Assembly: GCA_963823665.1 (NCBI GenBank)
Contig: CAWGMQ010000003.1
Span: 448,001-512,000 of the forward strand
Source of the DNA: an uncultured Planctomycetota bacterium
GTDB taxonomy: Bacteria > Planctomycetota > Planctomycetia > Isosphaerales > Isosphaeraceae
Reading direction: 5' to 3'
DNA: 64,000 nucleotides
Each line of letters begins with the position of its first letter. Position 1 is the first letter of the stretch. The position numbers were made by a program, and so were the translations under genes. Shown in pieces: positions 44,001-55,714 of this stretch. The notes under the pieces were generated by a model, which was not told the DNA's origin, did no database searches, and worked only from the letters and a program-made list of their open reading frames with translations.

Positions 44001-47000
44001 CGGCCACGGTTGCGTTTGCTAGAGGCGCTGCCGCGCCGCTGCCCGTAACAGTGCCACTGAGGGTGATGCCGGCGGTGAGCGCGAAATTCAGGGTGGTTGA
44101 CCCGGAGGCGGGCAAGGTGACCTGCTGGGTCTGGTAAGCATAGCCGGTCGCGTTGGACGTGATGGTGAGCTGGTCGCCGGCGGGGCCTGCAAACTGGAAA
44201 TTGCCTGACGCGTCGGTGAGGGTGTCGGTCAGGCCATCGATGCCGGCGCCGGAAATGTGCAGCACGGCTCCTGCCACCGGGTCGCCGGTCACGGCATCGG
44301 TGACCGTCCCCGTGACCATCGGGACGCTTGCCACAAGCTGGACGCCCGCGAGATCCGTGCCCGCCGTGATGGCAAGCGGGGCTTGAGTACCATAGACCGC
44401 CGTTTCATCAGCGGCCACGAGGTAGTACGTGCCTGGCTCAAGGAGCAGAAACTGGAAGTTTCCGTTGTCGTCGCTGTCCTCCTGCAACAACGGATTGCCC
44501 GCGCTGTACAGGGTCACGGGAACATCCGGGACCGGCGTGCTGCCGTCGCTGGCAAGGGTAGTGCCGCTGATGGAGCCGATGACCGCCAGGACGAAGTTCG
44601 CGGTTGCCGAGGGACTCGCAGCGCTGAGCATCACACTGCTGCTCGCCGCCCCCTCGGACCCAATGGCGCCGACCGTCACATCGTAGGTGCCGTCAGCGAG
44701 ATTATCGATTTCGTAGTCGCCGTTGGCATCCGTCACCGCATAGTCCACGGCCGTACCGCCCGAGAAGATCGTCAACTCCACGCCCGAAAGCGCGGCCCCG
44801 GAGGACTGGCGCGTGACTTGGCCGGTGACGCTGCCCGCTGGCTCCACATTGAGCGCGGGCACGGTGGTCGTCTGGCCGGCGACAACAGCGGCGGTGGCTG
44901 AACCATTGAAGAAACCCGAAATGGCCGTCGTCACCGTGTAGATTCCGGGAGGCAGATTCGGCAGGCTAAATGAGCCATCGCTGTTGGCTTGCGTAGTTTC
45001 GACCAATTGGCTCCCGAGATCCGCCGTGATGATCGCAAAGGGGACCGGCGCACCGCTGCCCTGCGTCGTGACCACGCCGACGAGCGAGCCTGCTGCGGCT
45101 AGGGTAATATCGGGAGCGGTCATGGCCGCTCCAGCGGCAACAGTCACGTTATTGAGCGTGACCGTACCGAAACCGGCGGAACTGGCCTGAAGGCTGTACG
45201 TCCCGGCCGGCAGCCCCGTCAGGGTGTAAGCACCGGAGGCATTGGTCGTCGCGCCGTCGCCGACGGCATTGCCATCGCTGTCGTTCATCACCACGTAGGC
45301 GCCCGCGAGGCCCTCGCCATTCGCATCGAGCACGAGGCCCGTGACGGTCGCGGCCGTTGCCAACGCGAGGTTTATTTCGGGGACCAGCGCGCCTGCGGTG
45401 ATCGTGATCCCGGGCGCGTCCGTCTCAACATAGGAACCGCCACCGGCCTGCACGTCATAGGTGCCGGCGGGCAGGTTCTCGATTGTGTAGAGCCCGTTTG
45501 ACGAGGACACGCCTTGAAAGAGGTCGCCGTTTTCGTCGACCGCTGCTACCGGTACGTTGGGAAGCGGCGCACCTGAGTCGCTTTGGACGATCGAACCGCT
45601 AATCACACCGCCGGGGACAGCAACGATGCTGACTCCGGTCACATTTCCGGAGCCGACGACCACAGTCACGGGCGCCGCGAGCTGATACTCCTTGAGGCTA
45701 ACGTCATAAGTGTCCGGCACGAGGCCGGACACGAGGAACGAACCGTCTGTCAAGGCATTGGTGATGAAGACCTGTCCGGTCGTCCTCCCGGTCAATACGA
45801 TGCTCGCCGCACTCAGAGGATGAGCGGTATCATTGAGGAAGATCTGTCCCGACACGGACTGGCTCAAGGCCGCCCGCGCTTTGTTTACCTCCAAGTTGAA
45901 GACGGCCTGCAAGTCGTAGTTCAGCCCGAGCGGGGGCGGTAGCAACGTGGCATCCCGGGAGAGAGCGGCCACATAACCCGACCAAGAGGTTCCGATCTGG
46001 GCCTGAAGTTGCGGATAGATCGCAGCGAATTGAGCGGCGGTGAGGTTCGGAGGTTTGACGATAGAGGCGAGCTCGGCATAGTCGATCGGTGCGGCCGGGT
46101 ACTGAGCCGTAGAAACCTGGAGTGTGACGCTCCCCGTGGTGGACGATGTGCCGTAGATCGTGAGACTACCGCTTGCGCCGGGTGGCAGGATTCCTGCCGG
46201 TCCATTGGGGTTGATGGCGATCAGGTCGAGGCTCGTCGCCGGGTTGGAAAAATCGGAATAGAAGCTCAACTCCGCCGAACCGTTTCCGCTAACCACGAGC
46301 ACCGGCGCGAGCAAGTCGGTTGCGCCCACATTCTGGTAATTGACCGTCACCGTGAAGCCTCGGCCAACGCGCACTCCGCTTGGCGCGGAAATGCTCGTCA
46401 CTAGCTCACCCGGTTTACCTGCGGTGATATTGAAACCGTGCGACAACGTCTCTGTCGCGCCGCCGGTGTTCACCACCTGCACGTCGGCCGCGCCGGTCGG
46501 CAGGCCGGTCAGGTTGAAGGTCGCGGAGATCAGGCCCGAATCGGTGTAGTACACCGCGAGCGGTTTGATCGTGACGCCCGCGCTGTCCACCAGTTGCGGC
46601 TGAGAGTTGCCGTCGAACTGAGCACCATTGATCGACAGCGTCACCTGGCCGGTGTTGCTGCCCTGGGTGGGACTGATGCTAGTAATCGAGAAGCCGGGCG
46701 TGGTGGCAGTCAGTGTGAAGTTCTCGCCGGAGGGAATGTTGGCCCCATAGACGAGGACGTAGTACGTCCCTGCCTCTACGTTTGCCAGCGATACCGCCTG
46801 GTTGGCCGAGTTCGGCAGAATGCTGCGAGCGTCGAACGACTGCACGGTCGGTACGTCGCCAAACGAGACGAACAGCTCATTGGTATTTCCGTTGGACCCG
46901 GTGACCGACACGTTGAGATTGCCGCCCGCGGTGGTCGTCACCTGGTACAGCTCGCTCGAGCCGGTGGCCGCGAGCTGGCCAGTCTGAGGCGTTCCCACCG

Positions 47001-50000
47001 TCAGGACCGGCAGGCTCATGGCCACGGGAGTCGCCGAAGCCATGACGTTGTCGGCCAGCGCGCTGCCCTCGAAGACCTCGTTGAACGAATTGCAGCGCAC
47101 CAGGAAGTATTCATTGCCCGGGAGCACCCCAGGCAGAGTGAACGTGCCCGAGGCGTTGTAGCTCTGGCCCGGCCCCAGGTCGCCGGTGTGCTCCACGTTA
47201 CCCAGCAGGATGGCGTCCGGCGTGAAGACCGGGCTGGCCGACAGGTAGACAGCATCGTGCCACGAACCGGTCGCCGTCCCCGCGCCCACGCTCTCCACCG
47301 TCCAGTTGACCGTCACCGATTGGCCTTCGAGCCCGGTCGCCGGCCCGCTCACGGCTGTCGTTGCCAGATCCACGTTGGACGTCGCGACCTGCTGGGGCCA
47401 GTACGCCCCGATGTCGTAGCCGGACCCGTCGCCGCGGCCGGTGATGTTCGGGTCGTCAAACGGCGGGTTCCCCAGCACGTCGGTCGACGGGGCCGAGACT
47501 CCAGGGCTCACCACGCTGGTGCCGGCGCCAGCGACCGGCGAGGTGGGGTTCAGCTCGAGGTCTCCGTTTGCCTCGTTGAAATAGTCTGGGTTGACTTCGA
47601 GATTACCGTCGGTGCCGGTCGGATCGGACAGGCCGCTATAGTCGGGCGAGCTCGCACTATAAACGTCGCAATAGCTCATCATCAAGGTGGTCGGGCTGCG
47701 CTCGATCACCCCGGCCTGGCCGCTGTTGGTGATCAGGTCGTTGACCAGAGTGGCATTGGGTGAATCGAGAATGACGCCGTACACTTGGTTGCCGTCGATG
47801 GTGTTGTTGACCACTGTGTCGGTAGACCCGGCCTCGAGTTGCAAGCCGGTGGGGTTCTGCTCAAACACGTCGCTCTCCAGCGTTACGTCCGAGCCGGTCA
47901 AGGCGATCAGGCCCACGTGAACGCCGTTGCTCTCGATGCTGTTGTCCATTGTCAGGGCGCGCCGTCGGTTTCGATGCAGCCTAGGCCGTCAATGCCGACC
48001 TGCCCACCGTAGCGAACCTCGACGTAGTTCAGCACGTTAGCCGTGCTGGTGGATGTGAACTGGATGCCGCTCCAGTCGCCGGGCGAGGGCGGGCTGGCCG
48101 ACGAGCCGGCGTTGTTCGTGTTGCTCCCGGCAGACTCGTCCTGCTTCGAGGTGAAGATGATCGGCTGCGCGGCCGTTCCTTGAGCTTGCAAACTTCCTTG
48201 CACGACCAACTGGGTGCTGCCGAACAAGCCGCCGAACTTGAGCACCAGTCCAGGATCAATCACAAGAGTCGAGCCCTGTGGCACCGTCACGTTGGCATTC
48301 AGCCAGAACACGGCGCCGGGAAGGTTCCAGGTGGTGGTGCCGGCGCGCAGGCTGCCCCCTTCGACGCTCACGCCGTTGATGAAGTTGCCGGTGAACGTGA
48401 GCCCGCTCAACTCCGGTTGGGAAGCCTGGTCCATATCAAGCGCGCCGCTGCCGTCGCCGGGGAGGCCGTCATCCAGGAACGTGTCGTCCGTCAGGACCGC
48501 GTCGCTGTCGATGAGCTGCACGCCGAAGCTCCCTGAATTGTCGAAAGTGGTGTTTTCGACAGTAGGCGACGCGCCGGTGGCCACAACTTCGGTGCCGCCG
48601 TAGTTGATCAAGACATTGTCGAGAATGCTGCCCGTGCTGGTGGCGGTGAACTCGATGGAACCCCAATCGCCGGGTCCCGGGCTAGACTTCGACCCGTCGT
48701 TGTTGGTGTCGCCGCCGGCGGAGTCGTCTTTCTTGGACGTGAAGACGACGGGCGCTGCGGCCGTTCCCTGCGCGTTCAAGGTGCCATTTACGATCAAGTT
48801 GTTGCCGCTCTCGAAACCGCCGAGCTTGATCACCTGCGCGGGGCCGATAACGAGCGTCGCCCCCGCGGGCACGGTCACATCGGAATCCAGCCAGTAAACG
48901 ACGTCGGGATTGTTCCAGGTGGTCGTGCCCGAGGGCAGGCTGCCGCCGGTCAAGGCCACGCCGTTGAACTGGTTGTTGTCGGTGAAAGTGATACCGCTCA
49001 TGACCGGCTGGGAAGCCATGTCCATGTACATCGCGCCGCCGAACTCGTCGCCGAAGCCGTCATCCTCGAATGTGTCCCCGGTCAGGGTCGCGTCACTGCC
49101 GGTCAATTGCACGCCGAAGCTCCCTGCATTGTCGAAAGTGGTGTTTTCGACGTTAGGCGACGCGCCGGTGGCCACAACTTCGGTGCCGCCGTAGTTGATC
49201 AAGACGTTGTCGAGCATGCTGCCCGTGCTGGTGGCGGTGAACTCGATGGAACCCCAATCGCCGGGTCCCGGGCTGCTATTCGAGCCGTCGTTGTTGGTGT
49301 CGCCGCCGGCGGAGTCGTCTTTCTTGGACGTGAAGACAACCGGCTGCGTGGGGGTGCCGTTGGCTTGCAGCGTACCCTGCACGATCACGTTGTTGCCGCT
49401 CTCGAAACCGCCGAGCTTGATCACCTGGCCGGGGCCGATAACCAGGGTCGAGCCGGCGGGCACGGTCACATCGGAATCCAGCCAGTAAGCGATACCGGCA
49501 TTGCTCCAGGTGGTCGTGCCTGCCGGCAAGTTGCCGCCGGGCAAGCTCACACCGTTGTACTCGTTGTTGTTGGTGAAAGTGATGCTGCCCATGACCGGTT
49601 GGGAAGCCATGTCCATGTACATCGCGCCGCCGAACTCGTTCCCGAAGCCGTTGTCCAGGAACGTGTCCCCGGTCAGGGTCGCGTCGCTGTCGACCAGTTG
49701 GACGCCGTAGACCGTCGAGTAGGCAATGGTGCTGTTCTCGATGGTCGGCGACGCGCCGTTGGCCTCGATTTCCGCACCGCCGCCGTACTTGATGACGGCG
49801 TCATCGATCAAGCTGCCCGTACTGGTGCTGGTGAACAGGATCTGACCCCAATCGCCCGGATTGGCTGTGTTACTACCCCCCGAAGCCGAGTCGTCCTTGA
49901 ACGACGTGAAGACAATCGTCTGCGACGTCGTTCCCTGCGCGAGCAAAGTGCCGTCAACGGTCAGGCTCGTGCCGCTATTGAACTCGACAACCGTCCCCGC

Positions 50001-50243
50001 CTCGACAGTCAGCGTGACCCCCGGCTCGACGTCCACATTCCCAACGATGTTCTGGACCTGGTTGTTGGTGAAGGTCGTATTCGTCGTGAGCGGGCCCGAC
50101 CAGTTGGAGAGCACGATGCGGTCCTCGAGCATCTCCAGGCCAGGAAAGACGATCCGCGCGCGGAACGCCTTGTTCCAGCGCCGGTTGCGCACGATCGCGG
50201 GTCGGGGGTTCATCCTTCTCTTTGGCGTCAATGGGCGGAACAT
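41090..50243 (-). CDS. Giant (~3000 aa) secreted protein: LEPR-XLL, beta-helix, CARDB, carboxypeptidase-regulatory-like repeats, DPN domain, FnIII-like; frameshifts near 47950 and 43790
   Basis: LEMLEDRIVLS, PGDWG beta-helix repeats, GTY repeats, DPNNLVGPAGYG, FYSVATDNVGN. Three abutting ORFs break within domains. Confidence 0.85.
48470..49660 (-). repeat. 591-bp tandem duplication within the beta-helix region
   Basis: 48604-48897 and 49195-49488 are near-identical with an offset of 591. Confidence 0.85.
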
Positions 50244-50456
50244 GGGGGTACCTCTGAAACGGTGATCGCACTCAGCCAAGCCACTAAGGTCCAAAACCGG
50301 CGCGAACCGGACACTGTTGCGAAAAAAAAACGAAGGCGTCGGTTTTGATTTTCTGCGGCATCAGCACGTCTTGAGCCATACGCCGCCGCGACGATAGACT
50401 GATCTCCAGTCCCGGCCTGACGATAGGAACGGGGCGGGAACACGGGGGAACGGCTG

Positions 50457-51065
50457 GTGGCGGATCGTGCGGAAGAGGTCGGTGGCCTGCTGGCCGCGGC
50501 CCGGGCCGGGTCTCGCGAAGCGCTCGGTCGGGTGCTGGAGGGTTGCCGGCGGTATTTGCTGGGTGTGGCCGAGGGCGAGCTGGGCCATGACTTGCGGTCC
50601 AAGGGCGGCGCCTCCGACATTGTGCAGGAGACATTCCTCGAGGCCGGGCGCAATTTCGGCGGCTTTCAGGGCTCATCGCCCGAAGAGCTCCGCGCCTGGC
50701 TGCGCCAGGTGCTCTTGCACAAGGTCGGGGCGTTCACGCGGCGGTACCGCGACACCGGCAAGCGGGAGATTAGCCGCGAGATCGATTTCGACGCCGGCGG
50801 CTCGTGGGGCGGAATCGAGCAGGTTCCGGCCGGGTCGACTCTCTCGCCCAGCGGCGTCGTGATCGAGCACGAGCGAGCCCTGGCGCTTCGGCGCGCGCTC
50901 GACCAGCTTCCGGAGGAGTACCGGCGGGTCGTCATCTTGCGCTTCGAGGATCAGCGATCGTTCGAGGAGATCGGCCGCCTGACCGACCGGTCCCCCGAGT
51001 CCGCCCGCAAGGTGTGGTCGCGCGCGATGGAGCGGCTGCGCCAGGAATGGGAGCGCCAGACGTGA
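50457..51065 (+). CDS. Planctomycete-type ECF sigma factor
   Basis: RRYLL, ASDIVQETFLEA, AWLRQVL, LPEEYRRVVILR, SFEEIG. Confidence 0.93.
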   Translation: MADRAEEVGGLLAAARAGSREALGRVLEGCRRYLLGVAEGELGHDLRSKGGASDIVQETFLEAGRNFGGFQGSSPEELRAWLRQVLLHKVGAFTRRYRDTGKREISREIDFDAGGSWGGIEQVPAGSTLSPSGVVIEHERALALRRALDQLPEEYRRVVILRFEDQRSFEEIGRLTDRSPESARKVWSRAMERLRQEWERQT

Positions 51066-53830
51066 CCCCCGGCGATCCGGCGACAGAGCGCGAGCCACGC
51101 GAGACCGAGATCGAGACCGAGGTCGAGATCGGGGACGATGAGTTTCCCCGCTGGCTGGCCGCTTGTGACGAGCAGCTCGCCGCCGGGGCTGATTTCACTT
51201 CGGTCGACCAGCTCGGCGCGCCCGAGGAGCTGCGATCGCGTCTGGAGCGCGAGGCTGCCTGGTGTGAGTCCGTCCGCGAGATGTGGGCCGTCGCCTCAAG
51301 TCTCGCGCCCAGCTTGAGGGTCAACGCGCCCGTCGATCCAACGGTGCTCGCAGAGCCAGTGCCCGTACGATTCGGCCGCTTCGAAGTTCGGCGCGAGCTG
51401 GGACGAGGAGCTTTCGGCATCGTCTCCCTGGCTTACGACCCCAACCTCCACCGCGAGGTCGCGCTCAAGGTGCCGCGCTCGGAGGTGCAGGTCACGCCCG
51501 AGCTCCGCGCGCGGTTCCGGCACGAGGCGATGGCCGCCGCGGGGCTCGACCACCCTAATATCGTGCCGGTCTACGAGGCGGGCGAAGAGGGCTCCGTCTG
51601 CTTCATCGCTTCGGCGTACTGCCGGGGGATCACCCTGTCGGCCTGGCTCCGCCAGCGCATCTACCCGGTGCCATGCCGCATGGCGGCGGGGCTGCTGGCC
51701 ACGCTGGCCGAGGCGGTCGACCATGCCCATGCCCGCGGCGTCCTGCATCGCGACCTGAAACCGAGCAATGTCCTCCTCGAGGATCCCTCGTCCGGCAGTC
51801 CCTCCGGCGACGGCGCGGACCTCGTCCCGCGCATTACCGACTTTGGCATGGCCAAGCTCCAGGATCCCCTCCCCGGCGGGGAAGGCGCATCCAGCCGGAC
51901 CATGACCGGGGTCATCATGGGGACCCCAAGCTACATGGCGCCCGAGCAGGCCGAGGGGAAGGCCGGCGCGGTGGGGCCGGCCGCCGACGTCTATAGCCTG
52001 GGCGTGATCCTCTACGAGGTGCTCACCGGCCGGCCCCCGTTCCAGGAAGACTCGGCGCTTGAGACCCTGGTCCAGGTGCGGACGCTTGACCCCGTGCCCC
52101 CCTCGCGGCTGCGCTCCCGTATTCCGCGCGACCTCGAAACGATCTGCCTCAAGTGCTTGAACAAGCCGCCGCAGGCGCGCTATGCGAGCGCCGCTGCGCT
52201 GGCCGATGACCTGCGGCGGTTCCTCGCCGCCGAGCCCATCCGTGCCCGCCCGACGCCGGCCTGGGAGCGCGCGCTCAAGTGGGTGCACCGCCACCCAGCG
52301 ATCTCGGCGCTGGCCGGCGCCGCCGTCGTCGCCGCGGTGACCCTGGCGGTCGTGATCGGCAGGGACAATGTGCGCTTGAAGCGCCAGCGCGATCTCGCCG
52401 AATCGAGCCGGCTCGAGGCCTTTGCGAACCTGCGGAAGGCTCGCGACGCGGTCGACCGCCTGCTCACGCGAGTCGGCGAGCTCCAGTTGAAAGACGTTCC
52501 CCAGGTCGAGCCGATCCGGCGCGCCCTGTTGGAGGACGCGCTCGAGTTCTACCGCGACATCGCCGCTCAGGCCCACGGCGACCCGGACGTTCTCTTCGAG
52601 GTCAGCATGGCGTACTCTCGCGTCGGCCGCGTGTACATTGACTCGCGGCGCACCGAGGACGCCGAGCGGTGTTTCCTCGAGGCGCAGGCGATCCAGCAGC
52701 AGCTCGCGAGCACGTTCCCGGCCACCGCGATCTATCGCAGAGAGCTGGCACGCTCCACCAGCGACCTGGGCCGCATCTTCATCGACACCGGGCGGACCAC
52801 CGAGGGCGAGGCGAGCCTTCGCAAGGCACTCGACCTGCTGGAGTCACTCGCCGCCGCCGACCCCGGCGAGCCGGCTTATCGCTTCCTTCAGGCCTCGGCA
52901 CACGAGATTCTCGGTGTCGCGTGGTTTAACGCGCATCGGGTCGCCGACTCGGCCCCCGAGTATCGGAAAGCCCTGGATTTGTTCGACGACCTGACCGCGC
53001 GTTTCCCGGACTCAGCCGACTACCCGCGCCGAGCGGCCTTGGCCCGCAGCAACCTCGCCGGCGCCCTGATGAAAAGCGGCCGCCTCGAGGAAGCCGAGGG
53101 AGTCCTCCGGGAAGTGGTCGCGTTCTGGGAAAAACAGGTGAAGAGCAACCCCAACAACTTCCTTGCCCAGTCCAGGCTGGCCCTCACCGTCGGGAACCTC
53201 AGCTATGTGCTGGAGAAACGTGGCCGGTTGCCTGAGGCCGAGCAGACCATGCGCCGCGCTGCCGACTTGCGGCTCGGTATGACGAAGAACTTCCCCAATA
53301 CTCCGCATCACTTTGACAGCCTCGGGCAGTTTCTGGCCGCACTTGGCCGATTCGCGAGCGACCGAGGCGACATCACCCAAGCCCGCCGGCTGCTGGATGA
53401 AGCACTCGCGAGCAAACGAAAGGCGCTCGCTCTCGCGCCCAATGATGCCGGCTGCCGCGCCTCCACGCGGGTCGTCTGCGCCAGTCTCGCCGAAGCTTTG
53501 ATCAAGCTTGGAGCCCACGAGGACGCCGCAAAGACGATCGCGGAGCTAACTGCCCTTTCTCCGACCGCGGCGGAGGAATCCGTCCGTGCCGCCAGGGTCC
53601 TCGCGCAGGGCATCCCGCTCGTGGCCGCCGACCCGAAGCTCGATGCCGCCGCGCGGGCCAAGCTTACCAAGGTCTATGGTGACAAATCCGTCGAGTTGAT
53701 TCGCGATGCGATCAAGAGTGGCTACCGCGACAGGCAAGCCTTGGAGAGCGACCACGCGTTTGATGCGCTTCGCAGCCGCGCCGATTTTCAGGCTCTCCTC
53801 GCCCCCTCAGCCACCCCGCCGAAACCCTGA
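51062..53830 (+). CDS. Ser/Thr kinase with TM segment and TPR repeats
   Basis: HRDLKPSN, ITDFG, GTPSYMAPEQ, IPRDLETICLKC; GTG start overlaps the sigma stop. Confidence 0.92.
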   Translation: MTPGDPATEREPRETEIETEVEIGDDEFPRWLAACDEQLAAGADFTSVDQLGAPEELRSRLEREAAWCESVREMWAVASSLAPSLRVNAPVDPTVLAEPVPVRFGRFEVRRELGRGAFGIVSLAYDPNLHREVALKVPRSEVQVTPELRARFRHEAMAAAGLDHPNIVPVYEAGEEGSVCFIASAYCRGITLSAWLRQRIYPVPCRMAAGLLATLAEAVDHAHARGVLHRDLKPSNVLLEDPSSGSPSGDGADLVPRITDFGMAKLQDPLPGGEGASSRTMTGVIMGTPSYMAPEQAEGKAGAVGPAADVYSLGVILYEVLTGRPPFQEDSALETLVQVRTLDPVPPSRLRSRIPRDLETICLKCLNKPPQARYASAAALADDLRRFLAAEPIRARPTPAWERALKWVHRHPAISALAGAAVVAAVTLAVVIGRDNVRLKRQRDLAESSRLEAFANLRKARDAVDRLLTRVGELQLKDVPQVEPIRRALLEDALEFYRDIAAQAHGDPDVLFEVSMAYSRVGRVYIDSRRTEDAERCFLEAQAIQQQLASTFPATAIYRRELARSTSDLGRIFIDTGRTTEGEASLRKALDLLESLAAADPGEPAYRFLQASAHEILGVAWFNAHRVADSAPEYRKALDLFDDLTARFPDSADYPRRAALARSNLAGALMKSGRLEEAEGVLREVVAFWEKQVKSNPNNFLAQSRLALTVGNLSYVLEKRGRLPEAEQTMRRAADLRLGMTKNFPNTPHHFDSLGQFLAALGRFASDRGDITQARRLLDEALASKRKALALAPNDAGCRASTRVVCASLAEALIKLGAHEDAAKTIAELTALSPTAAEESVRAARVLAQGIPLVAADPKLDAAARAKLTKVYGDKSVELIRDAIKSGYRDRQALESDHAFDALRSRADFQALLAPSATPPKP

Positions 53831-53950
53831 CGGGCGTCTTGCCCGGGGCATTCACAGGGCTGGCACTCTCGATGGAGTTGATGGTCTGTAGAGATGGCGA
53901 GATCTCGGCGCTCGGGCCGTGTCCCGACAGAGGAGCTCACGCGCAACGCG

Positions 53951-54016
53951 CCGGGCGGCGTCTGCATAGGCGTTGGCCGCCGCTTCCGCGACTCTTGCCA
54001 GCAGACGGCCGCCCGG
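53951..54016. terminator. GC-rich inverted repeat between convergent genes
   Basis: ccgggcggcgtctgc and gcagacggccgcccgg pair with one bulge; no clear U-tract. Confidence 0.4.
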
Positions 54017-54036
54017 GCTCTCGAACTTGTCGGACG

Positions 54037-54198
54037 TTACCTCGATTTGTCCTTGATGTACTGCCCGGCCCCCTTGACTTTTTGCCCGGCGGTCTGGGCG
54101 GCTTCTTTCGTCTTGTCGACAGCCTTTTCAGTCGCTTGTTTCGCCTTACTGGCTGCGTTGTCGATACCCTCTTTGATCTTGTCCTTGGTGTCCGACAT
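54037..54198 (-). CDS. Small CsbD/LEA-like stress protein
   Basis: Lys/Ala-rich amphipathic 53 aa; AGGAG RBS. Confidence 0.8.
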   Translation of the reverse strand: MSDTKDKIKEGIDNAASKAKQATEKAVDKTKEAAQTAGQKVKGAGQYIKDKSR

Positions 54199-54478
54199 CG
54201 AAGTACTCCTGCTAACGAAAAGTTCAGAATTGCCCGCGTGGGCACATGCTTCCTCTACACGCAAATCGCAAGCCGAGACCCTGGATCACACTGCACTTCG
54301 GTCTTGAATTCGAGGACATCGCGCAGATTCGTGGGTGACCGATCCGGTGCTGGCGGCGTTCTTCCCGATGCGCTGTCAAACGGAGCCACGTGGCTCGACG
54401 GCGTCCGAATTGCGAGGGCATCGACGACCGATCAGAATCTCGGCTCGCGGCATGTGATGACCTGAAGCCGGCATTCCG

Positions 54479-55684
54479 CTACGTCCGGATCACGGGAAGC
54501 GGGTCGAACCGCCCGCCGAGCGCGCCGGCCGCCGGCAGCGCCAGCCAGTCCTGGAGCACGGCGGCGTAGATCCGCCGGAAGTCGACGGCCATCTTCAGGT
54601 CGCCGTCCTCGAGGTCGAGGAGGCTCGGGGTCTCACCGACCAAGCCGGCCCGCACATGCTTGCCGACGAGGAAGACGGGCCCGGCCGTGCCGTGGTCCGT
54701 CCCGCTCGAGGCGTTCTCGTGCACTCGCCGCCCGAATTCGCTGAAGCACAGGACCAGCACGCGGTTCGCCAGGCCGGACGCAGCCAGGTTGTCCTGGAAT
54801 TGCCGGAGCGCGTCGGATAGCTCGAGGAGCAGGCTCGCGTGCGGTCGAAGTTGACCGGCGTGCGTGTCGTAGCCGCCCTGCTGGGTGTAATAGACGCGCG
54901 CCCGGGCGCCGGACTTCATGAGCCGGGCGATGAGCGACAGCCGTCCGCGGAGGTCGGTGCCCGATCCCCCATCCTCCCGACCTCCGGCGCGGATCATCTC
55001 GGCCACGCTGTCGGCGGCGGTGTAGGCGTCGAGCGCCGTCCGGCGGACGAACGCGCCGACGTCGTCTCCGTCCGGAGCTTCGCCGATTACCCCTCGCGCG
55101 CCGGGCCCTCCCTTGAGGGCGAGGTCGTCGAGGCGCTCGAGCGTCGCCGGGATGCTGCGCCGCCCGATCAGCGCGGCGGGCGGCTGGCCCGTGCCCACGA
55201 AGGTGGTGCCCGAGGCGTCTCCCACCTCGAGCCGCTCGTCGAACGCACGCCCCAGCCAACCGGGCCCGCCGTGCTCTTCCGGGTCGCGGCGGGCGGTCTG
55301 CCAGATCGCCATGCTCCGGAAGTGCGACCGGCTCGGGTTCGGATAGCCGACCCCCTGCACGATCGCGAGCTCGCCCCGCTCGAGCAGCCTGGCTACGCCG
55401 GTGAGGCTCGGGTGGAGGCCGACCGCATCGTTGACCTTGTGCAACTTATCGGCGGACAGGCGGAGGGCCTTGCGGCTCTTGGCGTAGCCCTCGTCCTTGT
55501 AGGGGACGACCGTGTTGATGCCGTCGTTGCCGCCGTCGAGCTGGACGACGACCAGGACGCGGCCGTCCTGCAACGGCGCGGCGGCCCGTGCCGTCGCGGC
55601 GAGGAACCCGGGTACGGCCGGCGCCATCGCGAAGAGCGATGCGCCACGAAGTGACGTCTTCACAAAGTCGCGACGCGAGAGCAT
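54479..55684 (-). CDS. DUF1501 protein, Tat signal
   Basis: SRRDF, QLDGGNDGINTVVP, NPSRSHF, GYDTH, SEFGRR, GTDHG, DFRRIY. Confidence 0.92.
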   Translation of the reverse strand: MLSRRDFVKTSLRGASLFAMAPAVPGFLAATARAAAPLQDGRVLVVVQLDGGNDGINTVVPYKDEGYAKSRKALRLSADKLHKVNDAVGLHPSLTGVARLLERGELAIVQGVGYPNPSRSHFRSMAIWQTARRDPEEHGGPGWLGRAFDERLEVGDASGTTFVGTGQPPAALIGRRSIPATLERLDDLALKGGPGARGVIGEAPDGDDVGAFVRRTALDAYTAADSVAEMIRAGGREDGGSGTDLRGRLSLIARLMKSGARARVYYTQQGGYDTHAGQLRPHASLLLELSDALRQFQDNLAASGLANRVLVLCFSEFGRRVHENASSGTDHGTAGPVFLVGKHVRAGLVGETPSLLDLEDGDLKMAVDFRRIYAAVLQDWLALPAAGALGGRFDPLPVIRT

Positions 55685-55714
55685 GAAACGGCTCCTTTCG
55701 TAACGGGATCGGGG

